Shown here in pieces: positions 1-8,108 of a DNA stretch of 39,870 nt. The notes under the pieces were generated by a model. It saw only the letters and a list, made by a program, of their open reading frames with translations. It was not told where the DNA came from and searched no databases. This DNA comes from Chloroflexota bacterium (GTDB taxonomy: Bacteria > Chloroflexota > Dehalococcoidia > Dehalococcoidales > UBA2162): the NCBI GenBank assembly GCA_043797985.1, contig JAZDPB010000147.1, forward strand, positions 1-39,870, read 5' to 3'. The position numbers and the translations under genes are program-made. Position 1 is the stretch's first letter; each line of letters begins with the position of its first letter.

Positions 1-294
1 TTCTCGGTAAAGCCACGTGAAGAATCCCTTGATGGCTCTCGTGTAGGTGTTGACAGTGGTGGCGCTTACCTTTTGCCCCCGTGCCTGCGGCAAACCGGCC
101 CACTTTTCTTTCTCCTGGGTGGCCAGAATGAAGTTCCTGAGGTCGTCGTCCTGCAGCAGGTTGACGTCAGTAATACCACCCATGAATTCGTCGAAGTATC
201 CGACAATCCGGATGGTATGTTTGATTGTCCATGGGCTCTCTCCCTGGGCTCGTGCGGCGAGAGCGTATCGGTCGAGCAGGTACTTGATACTCAT
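1..294 (-). CDS. Tyrosine recombinase/integrase, N-terminal core-binding (SAM-like) domain; partial, runs off the window
   Basis: Manual translation from ATG at 294: MSIKYLLDRYALAARAQGESPWTIKHTIRIVGYFDEF...DDLRNFILA...KVSATTVNTYTRAIKGFFTWLYRE, open to base 1. The S-x-T-V-N-x-Y-x-R-A-I-K-x-F-F-x-W-L pattern is typical of XerD/phage-integrase N-domains. It lies next to a tRNA 3' end. The catalytic domain is outside the window. Confidence 0.75.
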   Translation of the reverse strand, partial: MSIKYLLDRYALAARAQGESPWTIKHTIRIVGYFDEFMGGITDVNLLQDDDLRNFILATQEKEKWAGLPQARGQKVSATTVNTYTRAIKGFFTWLYRE

Positions 295-325
295 ATTTGG
301 TAAGCAAGCCCCCTCCCTGAGCGTA

Positions 326-400
326 TGGAGCGGGTGATGGGATTCGAACCCACGACGTCTTGCTTGGGAAGCAAGCACTCTTCCGCTGAGTTACACCCGC
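326..400 (-). tRNA. tRNA-Gly (anticodon CCC)
   Basis: Reverse complement GCGGGTGTAACTCAGCGGAAGAGTGCTTGCTTCCCAAGCAAGACGTCGTGGGTTCGAATCCCATCACCCGCTCCA: acceptor stem GCGGGTG/CACCCGC, anticodon arm CTTGC-TTCCCAA-GCAAG, T-loop GGTTCGAATCC, encoded CCA. Confidence 0.97.
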
Positions 401-414
401 ACCAAATCGTGTCT

Positions 415-443
415 ATTTTAGTCCCAAAACTCGTATTTGTAAA
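415..443 (-). promoter_or_regulatory. sigma70-type promoter of tRNA-Gly
   Basis: Minus strand TTTACA-17 bp-TAAAAT ending 14 nt before the tRNA 5' end. Confidence 0.65.
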
Positions 444-472
444 GGAGGAGCACTTCCTGCGCTTATTATGTA

Positions 473-498
473 AAGGGCTTCTCAACCGAGAAGCCCTT
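473..498 (-). terminator. Intrinsic terminator-like hairpin after the HAD gene
   Basis: Perfect 11-bp inverted repeat AAGGGCTTCTC-aacc-GAGAAGCCCTT between the HAD stop and the tRNA promoter; U-tract is short. Confidence 0.55.
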
Positions 499-536
499 AG
501 TAAAATACTCCTTCTGGTGACACCTGTTTGTGAAAG

Positions 537-1217
537 CTAGCCAATAATCTTGAGGACTTTTTTATAGTCTTTCAAGTTATCAAATACATAGTCTGCTCCT
601 GCAGTTTTGAGTTGTATTTTGGAATGGAACCCTGTAGCCACAGCAATTGTCAAAGCATGGACTTGATTGCCACACTCAACATCACGTATTGAATCCCCGA
701 TAATTACTATGTCTTTATCTTTGAACTCATGTCCGGTGTGTTTCGCTGCCCTATCAATAGCCAGCCTCACCATGTCAACCCGGTTTTTTACTTCTGTGCC
801 GTAGAAACAAAATCTGAAATATTTCTCAAGACTGGTAGAACATAATACTTGATTGACGATTTCCGAAGAATTACCAGTATATAGCATCAGGATATGGTCT
901 GTATTTGATAATTCGCTTAAGAGTTCCTTAGCTCCGGGCAATACATGGTTCACAGCATCATTTGGCAAGCTTTCGCTAAACATGGTCTCGTAATTCTTCA
1001 GTAACTGGTGGCTCTTGTTCTGGAATATTTCTTCGGGAATCCCCTTCAACATGGCTAATTCATGAATATTGTCAGTTAGGCTTTTACCAGCAAAATCAAT
1101 ATCGCTAAGTCTGACATCTACGTTGAACAGTTTCTTAAACAGTCGCCGCGTTGTCTCATCGTGCACCGGTAGAAAATCTACCAACGTTTGGTCCAGGTCA
1201 AAAATTATCAGTTTCAT
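537..1217 (-). CDS. HAD-superfamily hydrolase (phosphoglycolate-phosphatase-like)
   Basis: Motif I IIFDLDQTLVD, motif II YTGN, motif IV IIGDSIRDVECG. Confidence 0.9.
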   Translation of the reverse strand: MKLIIFDLDQTLVDFLPVHDETTRRLFKKLFNVDVRLSDIDFAGKSLTDNIHELAMLKGIPEEIFQNKSHQLLKNYETMFSESLPNDAVNHVLPGAKELLSELSNTDHILMLYTGNSSEIVNQVLCSTSLEKYFRFCFYGTEVKNRVDMVRLAIDRAAKHTGHEFKDKDIVIIGDSIRDVECGNQVHALTIAVATGFHSKIQLKTAGADYVFDNLKDYKKVLKIIG

Positions 1218-1271
1218 TTTTTGAATTAGATTTGTGAGATTTTATATTGTTGCTATTGTAAATAATTCCTA

Positions 1272-1319
1272 TGGAAAAGTCATAAAATGCGGATGGGAAA
1301 AGTAACAAAATTATAACAT
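1272..1319 (-). promoter_or_regulatory. 48-bp motif copy 1, facing the HAD gene
   Basis: tggaaaagtcataaaatgcggatgggaaaagtaacaaaattataacat; aligns ungapped with copies 2-4; TACAAT on minus strand at 1260-1255. Confidence 0.65.
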
Positions 1320-1346
1320 TCTCACTTTGCGATACCTATTCTTCAA

Positions 1347-1394
1347 ATGTCATAGTTTTGTAACTTTTTTGCTTATTATTTTATGACTTTTCCA
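1347..1394 (+). promoter_or_regulatory. 48-bp motif copy 2, facing hrb
   Basis: atgtcatagttttgtaacttttttgcttattattttatgacttttcca; inverted relative to copy 1; TAAGAT at 1407-1412. Confidence 0.65.
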
Positions 1395-1538
1395 CGATTT
1401 TGCTTCTAAGATAACTCATAGATTCTAGCAGATTTATTCGTGTGATGATAAAATGTGCAGCAGAAAATCCTATGTAAGCTTCCAAAACTAGCCAAAGTAT
1501 CCGAAGGAATCTTAAATTAAATTTTCGAGAGAGGAAAT

Positions 1539-2222
1539 ATGAATTTAAAAGCTCTATATAAATTAGGTTACGGCATGTATGTAATAGGCTCCGGTATGGG
1601 AGACAAGCTCAACGGTCAAATTGCAAACACGGTATTTCAAATAACATCCGACCCGCCGACTATTGCGGTTAGTATTAACAAAAGTAATTTAACGCACCAG
1701 CTTATAAAAGAAAACAAAGTCTTTACGGCTTCTGTTCTCTGTCAGGATACGCCTTTGTCTTTTATCGGTCTCTTTGGATTCAAATCAGGCCGAGATATCA
1801 ACAAACTTGAGGGGATTGATTATAAAATAGGCGAGACCGATGCTCCGGTGATTATCGAAAATACTGTTTCATACATAGAAGCTAAGGTGCTTAAAGAGAT
1901 AGACGTGGGTAGTCATACCATCTTCATCGGCAATATTGTCGCTGCTGACGTTCTCAATGAAAAACCGTGTATGAGTTACGACTATTATCATCAGGTAAAG
2001 CGTGGCAGCACTCCCAAAACTGCCCCGAGTTATATAGCAGAGAAGGTGGAAGGTGCCAATGGGACAAAATATAGATGTACTGTTTGTGGCTATATATACG
2101 ACCCGGACAGTGGGGACCCCGACAATGGCATAAACCCAGGTACCTCCTTCACAGACCTGCCCAATGATTGGGTCTGTCCTGTCTGCGGGGTAAGTAAGAG
2201 TGCGTTTGAAAGAATAGACTGA
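1539..2222 (+). CDS. hrb: High-molecular-weight rubredoxin (flavin reductase domain plus C-terminal rubredoxin)
   Basis: Flavin reductase motifs ([21 protein letters not shown]) plus rubredoxin [12 protein letters not shown]...WVCPVCG. Confidence 0.9.
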   Translation: MNLKALYKLGYGMYVIGSGMGDKLNGQIANTVFQITSDPPTIAVSINKSNLTHQLIKENKVFTASVLCQDTPLSFIGLFGFKSGRDINKLEGIDYKIGETDAPVIIENTVSYIEAKVLKEIDVGSHTIFIGNIVAADVLNEKPCMSYDYYHQVKRGSTPKTAPSYIAEKVEGANGTKYRCTVCGYIYDPDSGDPDNGINPGTSFTDLPNDWVCPVCGVSKSAFERID

Positions 2223-2311
2223 ACATAAGTCACAACAGGAATACTTCGACTACGACAGAAATAGAAAAGCGTCCGCGCTCATTATTAAAGTCCATATAAA
2301 GGAGCGTAGTT

Positions 2312-2851
2312 ATGAAAGTAAAGATAGTCTTCTACAGCATGTATGGGCATATCTACAGGATGGCTGAGGCTGTGGCGCAGGGCGTCCGTGATGTAGAAGG
2401 AGCCAAGGTAGAACTGCTTCAAGACCTGCCGCCACCCAGAGTATCCCAGCAAGATAGAGTGGTAAATAGCTTACTCAGTCCGGGTTGTGTGATTAAAGGT
2501 CGCGTGGAGAACTCTATCCCGTCGCCAGGTGTCTGGGTCGATGAGCAAGCAGAGGTACGCAATTCGGTGTTGATGCCGAATGTTTTTGTTGGCTACCCCA
2601 GTGTGGTGGATACATGTATCATTGACGAGGGAGTGAATATAGGCAAACTGTGTTACATCGGCTTCGGGAAGTCTCTCCTACCAGGAAATTCCGATATTAC
2701 TATATTAGGGAGAGAAGTTACTGTACCACCTCACACTGCTATAAGGCGTAACTGTACGGTATCTCCTCATGTGGACTCTTCGAGTTTCAGAGACAGTTTA
2801 ATCACCTCGGGTTCCATATCGTACGATATGTGGAATACGTGCCAGAAATAA
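2312..2851 (+). pseudogene. Chimeric ORF: WrbA N-terminus (~37 aa) fused in frame to a GlgC-type C-terminal left-handed beta-helix
   Basis: MKVKIVFYSMYGHIYRMAEAVAQG...VELLQ is the WrbA start. After ~2422, DLPPPRV...VVNSLLSPGCVIKGRVENS..SPGVWVDEQAEVRNSVLM...VVDTCIIDE is the ADP-glucose pyrophosphorylase C-domain. Both catalytic cores are missing. Confidence 0.8.
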
Positions 2852-2913
2852 CGAAGCATCCCGATTACGATAAGGCTATTCAGACGCTGAAAGATTTAGC
2901 GTCTAACGAATAA
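2818..2913 (+). pseudogene. tpx: Thiol peroxidase (Tpx) C-terminal remnant
   Basis: Manual translation in another frame: IVRYVEYVPEITKHPDYDKAIQTLKDLASNE*, matching the Tpx C-terminal signature Y-x-E-x-V-x-E-I-T-x-(H/E)-P-D-Y-D-x-A. No start codon; not in the ORF track. Confidence 0.75.
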
Positions 2914-2929
2914 GAAAGGAGAAGAAAAA

Positions 2930-3403
2930 ATGTACGGAAAAGTCTTGGTGCCATTGGATGGGTCGGAATTAGCGGAGTGCGTGCTTCCTCATGTGGAATC
3001 TATTGCTAAGGGGTGTGGTGCAGGTAGTGTCACGTTTGTTCGTGTGGCTGAGCTGGTTCGTGTACCGGTTGGTGCCGAAGATGGTGGTTTTTATAGTGCC
3101 AAGATATGGCAGCAAATGGAATCAGATTCTAAAAATGCTGCCAGACAGTATATCAACCAGTTGGTGAAAAGAGTCAAATATGATGGCATAAAAGTCCAAT
3201 CAAAGGTTTTGAGTGGCGGGCAAGCGGCCGATATGATTGCTGATTATGCTACAAAAAATGGGGTTGACCTCATCGTCATCGCAACACACGGGCGCTCTGG
3301 AGTAAGCCGGTGGGTTTGGGGAAGCGTAGCCGATAAAATTCTCCGCTCTGCCTGTGTACCTGTTCTAATGGTAAGAGCACCAGGTTGTGAGTGCGGTATT
3401 TAG
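2930..3403 (+). CDS. Universal stress protein (UspA family)
   Basis: KVLVPLDGSELAE; DLIVIATHGRSGVSRWVWGSVADKILR...PVLMV. Confidence 0.93.
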   Translation: MYGKVLVPLDGSELAECVLPHVESIAKGCGAGSVTFVRVAELVRVPVGAEDGGFYSAKIWQQMESDSKNAARQYINQLVKRVKYDGIKVQSKVLSGGQAADMIADYATKNGVDLIVIATHGRSGVSRWVWGSVADKILRSACVPVLMVRAPGCECGI

Positions 3404-3511
3404 GCAGAAAGTAAGTAACCAACGCAGAAATCTAGGTATAATAAAAAGGGGCTGCCCAAAGTAGCCCATAGATAATAATGACAAACGAGGAAACTCGGAA
3501 AGGAGGATGAC

Positions 3512-3907
3512 ATGAAACAATTTGGAGAGCTTTTCCAGAGCGCAGACTGGAAGATAGAGAAGCATATTCCAGTAATAGAATGCGCCAACCAGGTAAAAGC
3601 TGGCGAGTTCTTTCCAGTGAAGGTCACCCTGGGTAAAGAGGTGGTTCATCCCAATACAACCGAACACCATATCCGATGGATTTCAGTGTACTTCCAACCG
3701 GAGGGTGATAAATTCCCCTACCAGATAGGCCACTGTGAGTTTACCGCCCACGGAGAATCGGTGGAAGGACCGAATAAAGGCTCGGTATACACTCACCATG
3801 AAGTCAGCTTGTCTATGAAAACAAGCAAGCCCGGGATTATCTACTCGGTGGCTTTATGCAATATCCATGGGCTCTGGCAATCGGAGAAAGAAATCAAGGT
3901 GTCATAG
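3512..3907 (+). CDS. Class II superoxide reductase (neelaredoxin-like)
   Basis: EKHIP, HPNTTEHHIRWI and CNIHGLW iron-ligand motifs; RBS AAGGAGG. Confidence 0.9.
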   Translation: MKQFGELFQSADWKIEKHIPVIECANQVKAGEFFPVKVTLGKEVVHPNTTEHHIRWISVYFQPEGDKFPYQIGHCEFTAHGESVEGPNKGSVYTHHEVSLSMKTSKPGIIYSVALCNIHGLWQSEKEIKVS

Positions 3908-3938
3908 CGAGGAGAAGGTGGTAGTAGAGTAGGTTGAA

Positions 3939-4187
3939 ATGAACGTATTCGACCCGCTGCTAGTAACCAGGCTGATAGTTATTCTGGGCATCATTAATTT
4001 AGTGACCGGAATGCTAATCTTCTTCTCCTGCCGCTGTCTCCCCGGTTCGAAACTGGGCGGCAGACTGATGAAAAACAAGGCTTATCAACGCTATTACAAA
4101 TACCACTGCTATATCTGGAGGGTCTTCTGGCCCTCGGTGATGATACATGCCATTCTGGCGATAATAATTTTTGGCTGGCCAAGATAA
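3939..4187 (+). CDS. Small two-helix membrane protein
   Basis: Two hydrophobic segments, CRC motif, His residues in YHCYIW and MIHAIL; fits the operon spacing. Confidence 0.7.
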   Translation: MNVFDPLLVTRLIVILGIINLVTGMLIFFSCRCLPGSKLGGRLMKNKAYQRYYKYHCYIWRVFWPSVMIHAILAIIIFGWPR

Positions 4188-4211
4188 ACCTTAGGGTGAA
4201 GGAGGTGAGCG

Positions 4212-5639
4212 ATGTCCGTTGATTTCAATTTTATGGTAGGAGGAGAAGCCGGACAGGGAGTACAATCAGTCGGCTTCTTGTTGGCAAAAGTCTTCGCCCG
4301 CAATGGCTATAGTATCTTCGCCGACCAGGACTATGAGTCAAGAATAAGGGGTGGACACAACTTTTTCCGTGTCAGGGTGAAAGATAGCCGGGTGAGTGCG
4401 ATTGCTGAACCAGTGAACATATTGGTTGCGCTGAACAAGGAGAGTATAGACCTGCACCACAAAGAACTGACTGTAGATGGTATAGCTATCTTCGATGTCG
4501 ATAAGATAAAAGATATTTCTGCCGAAGACAAAATTTTGGGTATACCTTTAGAGAGACTTGCTGAAGAAAAGGCAGGCAACAAGGTTATGACCAATACTGT
4601 AGCTCTTGGTGCCGCTTTAGCACTCGTAGATTGTGACCTGGTAATGGTTCACGCCGAGGATGAAATCGCCGCCGTCAATATGGCTATCGGGGCTGCTTAC
4701 GCCGGTACCAGAGCTATGACTGCTACCTCAGGTAGCGGCTTTTGTCTCATGGTCGAGGGTATAGGACTGGCAGGTATTACCGAGACACCAATAGTAGTGA
4801 TTGATGGACAGCGCCCTGGTCCTGCTGTCGGTCTACCCACCAGAACAGAACAGGGCAACCTTCAGTTTGTGCTTCATGCCCACCACGGCGAATTCCCCAG
4901 GGCTGTCCTTGCCCCAGCTACCATTGAAGATGCTTTCTGGTTAACCGTCAAAGCCTTTAACCTGGCAGAGAAATACCAATTACCGGTAATAATCCTTACT
5001 GACCACCATTTGGCTAGCTCGTATGCTACCGTTGACCCATTCGACATATCTGAGGTAAAGGTTGACCGCGGCCTCTTGTTTCCAGAGAAAGAGGATGACC
5101 CTTCAGAATACAAGAGGCATAAAATAACCCAATCCGGCATTTCGCCACGGGCTTTCCCTGGAATGAGTAAGGCACTGGTAGTCACCGACTGCGATGAGCA
5201 CGATGAAGCCGGACATCTCATTGAGGATGCCGAGACGAGAATGGCACAAGTAGAGAAAAGGATGCGCAAGCTATTTAGCCTCAAGCAAGAGATTAGTCTC
5301 CCCAGCTTATATGGATCCAAAAAAGCTAACACAACCTTGATTGGCTGGGGGAGCACCTATGGAGCTATTCACGAGGCAGTGGATATGCTGCGCCATGATG
5401 GTGCTAGCGTCAACATGCTTCATCTCAATGAACTATGGCCCTTCCCAACCGAGGCTGTTACCGATGCTGTCAGTAAGGCTAATAACAGCTACGTCATCGA
5501 AAACAACGCTACAGGACAACTTGCTCGCCTCATCAAAGCAGAAACGGGATGCGATGTGAGCGGGAAAATTCTAAAATTCGATGGCCGACCTTTCACCCCG
5601 GCTTACATTGCTGAAGCGATGAGAAAGGAGGGATGCTAA
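4212..5639 (+). pseudogene. korA: 2-oxoacid:ferredoxin oxidoreductase alpha(-gamma) subunit with in-frame internal deletion
   Basis: Gamma domain GGEAGQG/DYESRIRGGHN, then ALGAALALVDCDL runs directly into VMVHAEDEIAA...ATSGSGF...QRPGPAVGLPT. The usual GNEA and YPxTP segment is absent. Length 475 aa versus ~570-600 typical. Confidence 0.75.
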
Positions 5640-5640
5640 C

Positions 5641-6426
5641 ATGGTTGAAATATCCGATTATGCCGGATTGAAGCCGACGTGGTGCCCGGGCTGCGGTAAT
5701 TTCGGTATCCTGAGAGCATTAAACCAAGCTCTGGTTGAACTGAAAATCGAGCCTTACAGGGTCTTGCTGGTCTCTGGTATCGGTCAGGCGGGAAAGCTAC
5801 CCCATTACACGAGAGGCAACATATTCAACTCTCTTCATGGAAGACCGATTCCACCGGCCATCGGTGCTAAGATTGCTAATCACGAGCTAGTGGTTATTGC
5901 TATTAGCGGTGATGGGGATGCTTATGGTGAAGGAGGCAACCACTTCCTCCACGCCACACGGCACAATCTTGATATTACTTATCTCGTTCACAATAACCAG
6001 GTATATGGACTCACTAAAGGGCAGGCATCACCCACCAGCGATTTTGGTTTTGTCACCAAGACCACGCCTTATGGGGCAGCTAACCCCATTAACCCCATAG
6101 CTCTGGCGATAATCAGTGGTGCCAGCTTCGTCGCCAGAAGCTTCGCCGGGGATATTAACCACCTCTCTGACATTATAAAAAAAGGCATTACTAATAAGGG
6201 ATTTTCCCTAATTGATATCCTGCAACCCTGCGTTTCATTTAACCATCAAAATACCTTCCAGTGGTATCGCGAACGGGTCTATAAGCTGGAGAGTGAAGAC
6301 GGCTACGACTCCAGTGATAGAAACTACCCTTTTGCCGATGCTTGCCGGTGTGGGTCTGTCTTCTGTCTTTGTAGATATCTTGCGGCACGAAAACAGGCGA
6401 GCTGTGCGTTTGGTAAAAATCTTTAA
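5641..6426 (+). pseudogene. korB: 2-oxoacid:ferredoxin oxidoreductase beta subunit, native C-terminus replaced after ~6320
   Basis: WCPGCGNF, SLHGR, GDGDAYGEGGNH, NNQVYGLTKGQASPT, DILQPCVSF. After GYDSSDR the sequence is unrelated and lacks the typical IP(I/T)GVIY tail. Confidence 0.72.
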
Positions 6427-6466
6427 CAACGAAGTAGTATAATCAGATGGCGAATTAGAGGAATAG
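6317..6466 (+). pseudogene. Possible C-terminal remnant of an AcsE/MetH pterin-binding methyltransferase
   Basis: Frame of ORF 6212..6442 reads IETTLLPMLAGVGLSSVFVDILRHENRRAVRLVKIFNNEVV*SDGELEE*. This resembles the T(F/Y)LxMxxxxGLxxxIxD...xYxD tail of AcsE-like proteins with one nonsense codon. Recognition by eye only. Confidence 0.4.
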
Positions 6467-6537
6467 GTTCCTGCAAAATTAGTATAATAGCATAGGTCGC
6501 TACATTTAAAAATCTTGAATATGCTGAAAGGAGTGAA

Positions 6538-7725
6538 ATGATAATCGAATTAACAAAAGGAGTCTACTGGGTAGGAGTTGTGGACTGGGCACTGAGACAT
6601 TTTCATGGCTATGAACTGACCACACACCGCGGGTCTTCATACAATGCCTATCTTATCACTGATGATAAGACCGTGCTCGTGGATACGGTATGGAGCCCCT
6701 TCCAGGAGCAGCTTATGGCAAATATCCGTGAAATTATCGACCCGGCTAAGATTGATATCGTTGTTGCCAATCATTCGGAAATTGACCATTCTGGTGCTCT
6801 TCCTACAGTGATGCGCCATGCCACCAAGGCTACTGTAATCGTCTCCAAACGGGGCAGAGAGAGTGTGGAGGGACATTTTCACCAGCCCTGGAATTTCCAG
6901 GCAGTCCAGACGGGAGATAAGGTCAGCATTGGTAAGAGAGAGCTTATCTTTGTCGAGGCACCCATGCTACACTGGCCAGATAGCATGTTCACCTACCTGA
7001 CCGGTGATAATATCCTCATGCCGAATGACGCCTTCGGGCAGCACTATGCCAATGCCTTCCGCTTTAATGACGAAGTAAACCAGGAGGAGCTTTATGAGGA
7101 AGCATTGAAGTACTATGCCAATATCCTGACGCCATTCAGCAGTATGGTCTCAAAGAAGATAGATGATGTCCTGGCGCTGAACCTGCCGGTAAATATTATC
7201 GCGCCCAGTCACGGCATCATCTGGAGGAAGGACCCAATCCAGATTGTTAAGAAATATCAGGAGTGGGCGGCTCAAGTGCCGGAGAAAACGGCGGTCATTG
7301 CCTACGACTCCATGTGGGATGGAACCAGACACATGGCAGAGGCTATCGGTGAGGGACTGGCAGCAGAGAATATCCCTTACAAGGCTTTCTTTATGCCGAC
7401 TACGGATAGGAATGATGTCATAACCGAAATATTTAAGACCAAAGCTATTATTATAGGTTCGCCAACCTTCAACAACGGACTGCTACCCACCATAATGCCG
7501 ATACTCGAGGATATTAAGGGGCTTAAATTCCAGAATAAGATAGGAGCCGCCTTTGGCTGCTACGGCTGGAGCGGGGAATCAGTGAAAATCATAGAAGAGC
7601 ATCTGACCCAGAGCAAGATACCTATAACTGTTGAAGGTATCCGTGCCAAGTGGCAGCCGAAATCCGATGACCTGACTAAATGTCGCGAGTTTGGCAGTGC
7701 CATAGCCCGCGCCATTAAAAAGTAA
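6538..7725 (+). CDS. fprA: Flavodiiron protein (class A; O2/NO reductase)
   Basis: GSSYNAY, NHSEIDHSG, PMLHWPDSM, NDAFGQH, APSHG diiron ligands, plus flavodoxin domain YDSMWDGT...AFGCYGWSG. Confidence 0.95.
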   Translation: MIIELTKGVYWVGVVDWALRHFHGYELTTHRGSSYNAYLITDDKTVLVDTVWSPFQEQLMANIREIIDPAKIDIVVANHSEIDHSGALPTVMRHATKATVIVSKRGRESVEGHFHQPWNFQAVQTGDKVSIGKRELIFVEAPMLHWPDSMFTYLTGDNILMPNDAFGQHYANAFRFNDEVNQEELYEEALKYYANILTPFSSMVSKKIDDVLALNLPVNIIAPSHGIIWRKDPIQIVKKYQEWAAQVPEKTAVIAYDSMWDGTRHMAEAIGEGLAAENIPYKAFFMPTTDRNDVITEIFKTKAIIIGSPTFNNGLLPTIMPILEDIKGLKFQNKIGAAFGCYGWSGESVKIIEEHLTQSKIPITVEGIRAKWQPKSDDLTKCREFGSAIARAIKK

Positions 7726-7752
7726 CCCAATAAGGTCATAGTGTGAAAAAGC

Positions 7753-8049
7753 GTGTTCTCTGGTGAGAACCGTCCGGGCATCTATAATCTTCTTGCTATC
7801 TACGAACTGGTCACCGGTCTCAAGCGGTTAGAAATCGAGGCTAAGTTTGCAGATAAAGGGTACGCTTATTCCAAAAAAGAACTGGGTGAAGTAGTCATCG
7901 ATGGACTACGCACCCTACAAACCCGCTGTCAAGAGCTTGCCGCAGACACGGGGTATATTGATTCCTTGCTAGCCGAAGGAGCAGCTAGAGTCAGACCAAT
8001 TGCCGAAAAGACCCTAAACACAGTTAAGGAGTCCGTAGGATTGGGGTGA
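7753..8049 (+). pseudogene. trpS: Tryptophanyl-tRNA synthetase C-terminal (anticodon-binding) fragment
   Basis: ENRPGIYNLLAIY...GYAYSKKELGEVV...YIDSLLAEGAARVRPIAEKTL..VKESVGL matches the TrpRS C-terminus. HIGH/KMSKS domain absent, with only 27 nt after the fprA stop. Confidence 0.8.
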
Positions 8050-8108
8050 TGGCTAACCGAGTTGAATTCTGCTAAACTTGCTTACAGAAATGTTTTAAGG
8101 AGAATGAT

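Noticed and set aside
47-540. Track ORFs 47..337, 73..303, 291..485 and 325..540
   Set aside because: They are shadows of the minus-strand integrase and the tRNA-Gly, with no protein motifs.
6320-6426. Cys-rich korB tail (ACRCGSVFCLC) as a zinc finger
   Set aside because: It is better explained as off-frame read-through into another gene's remnant.
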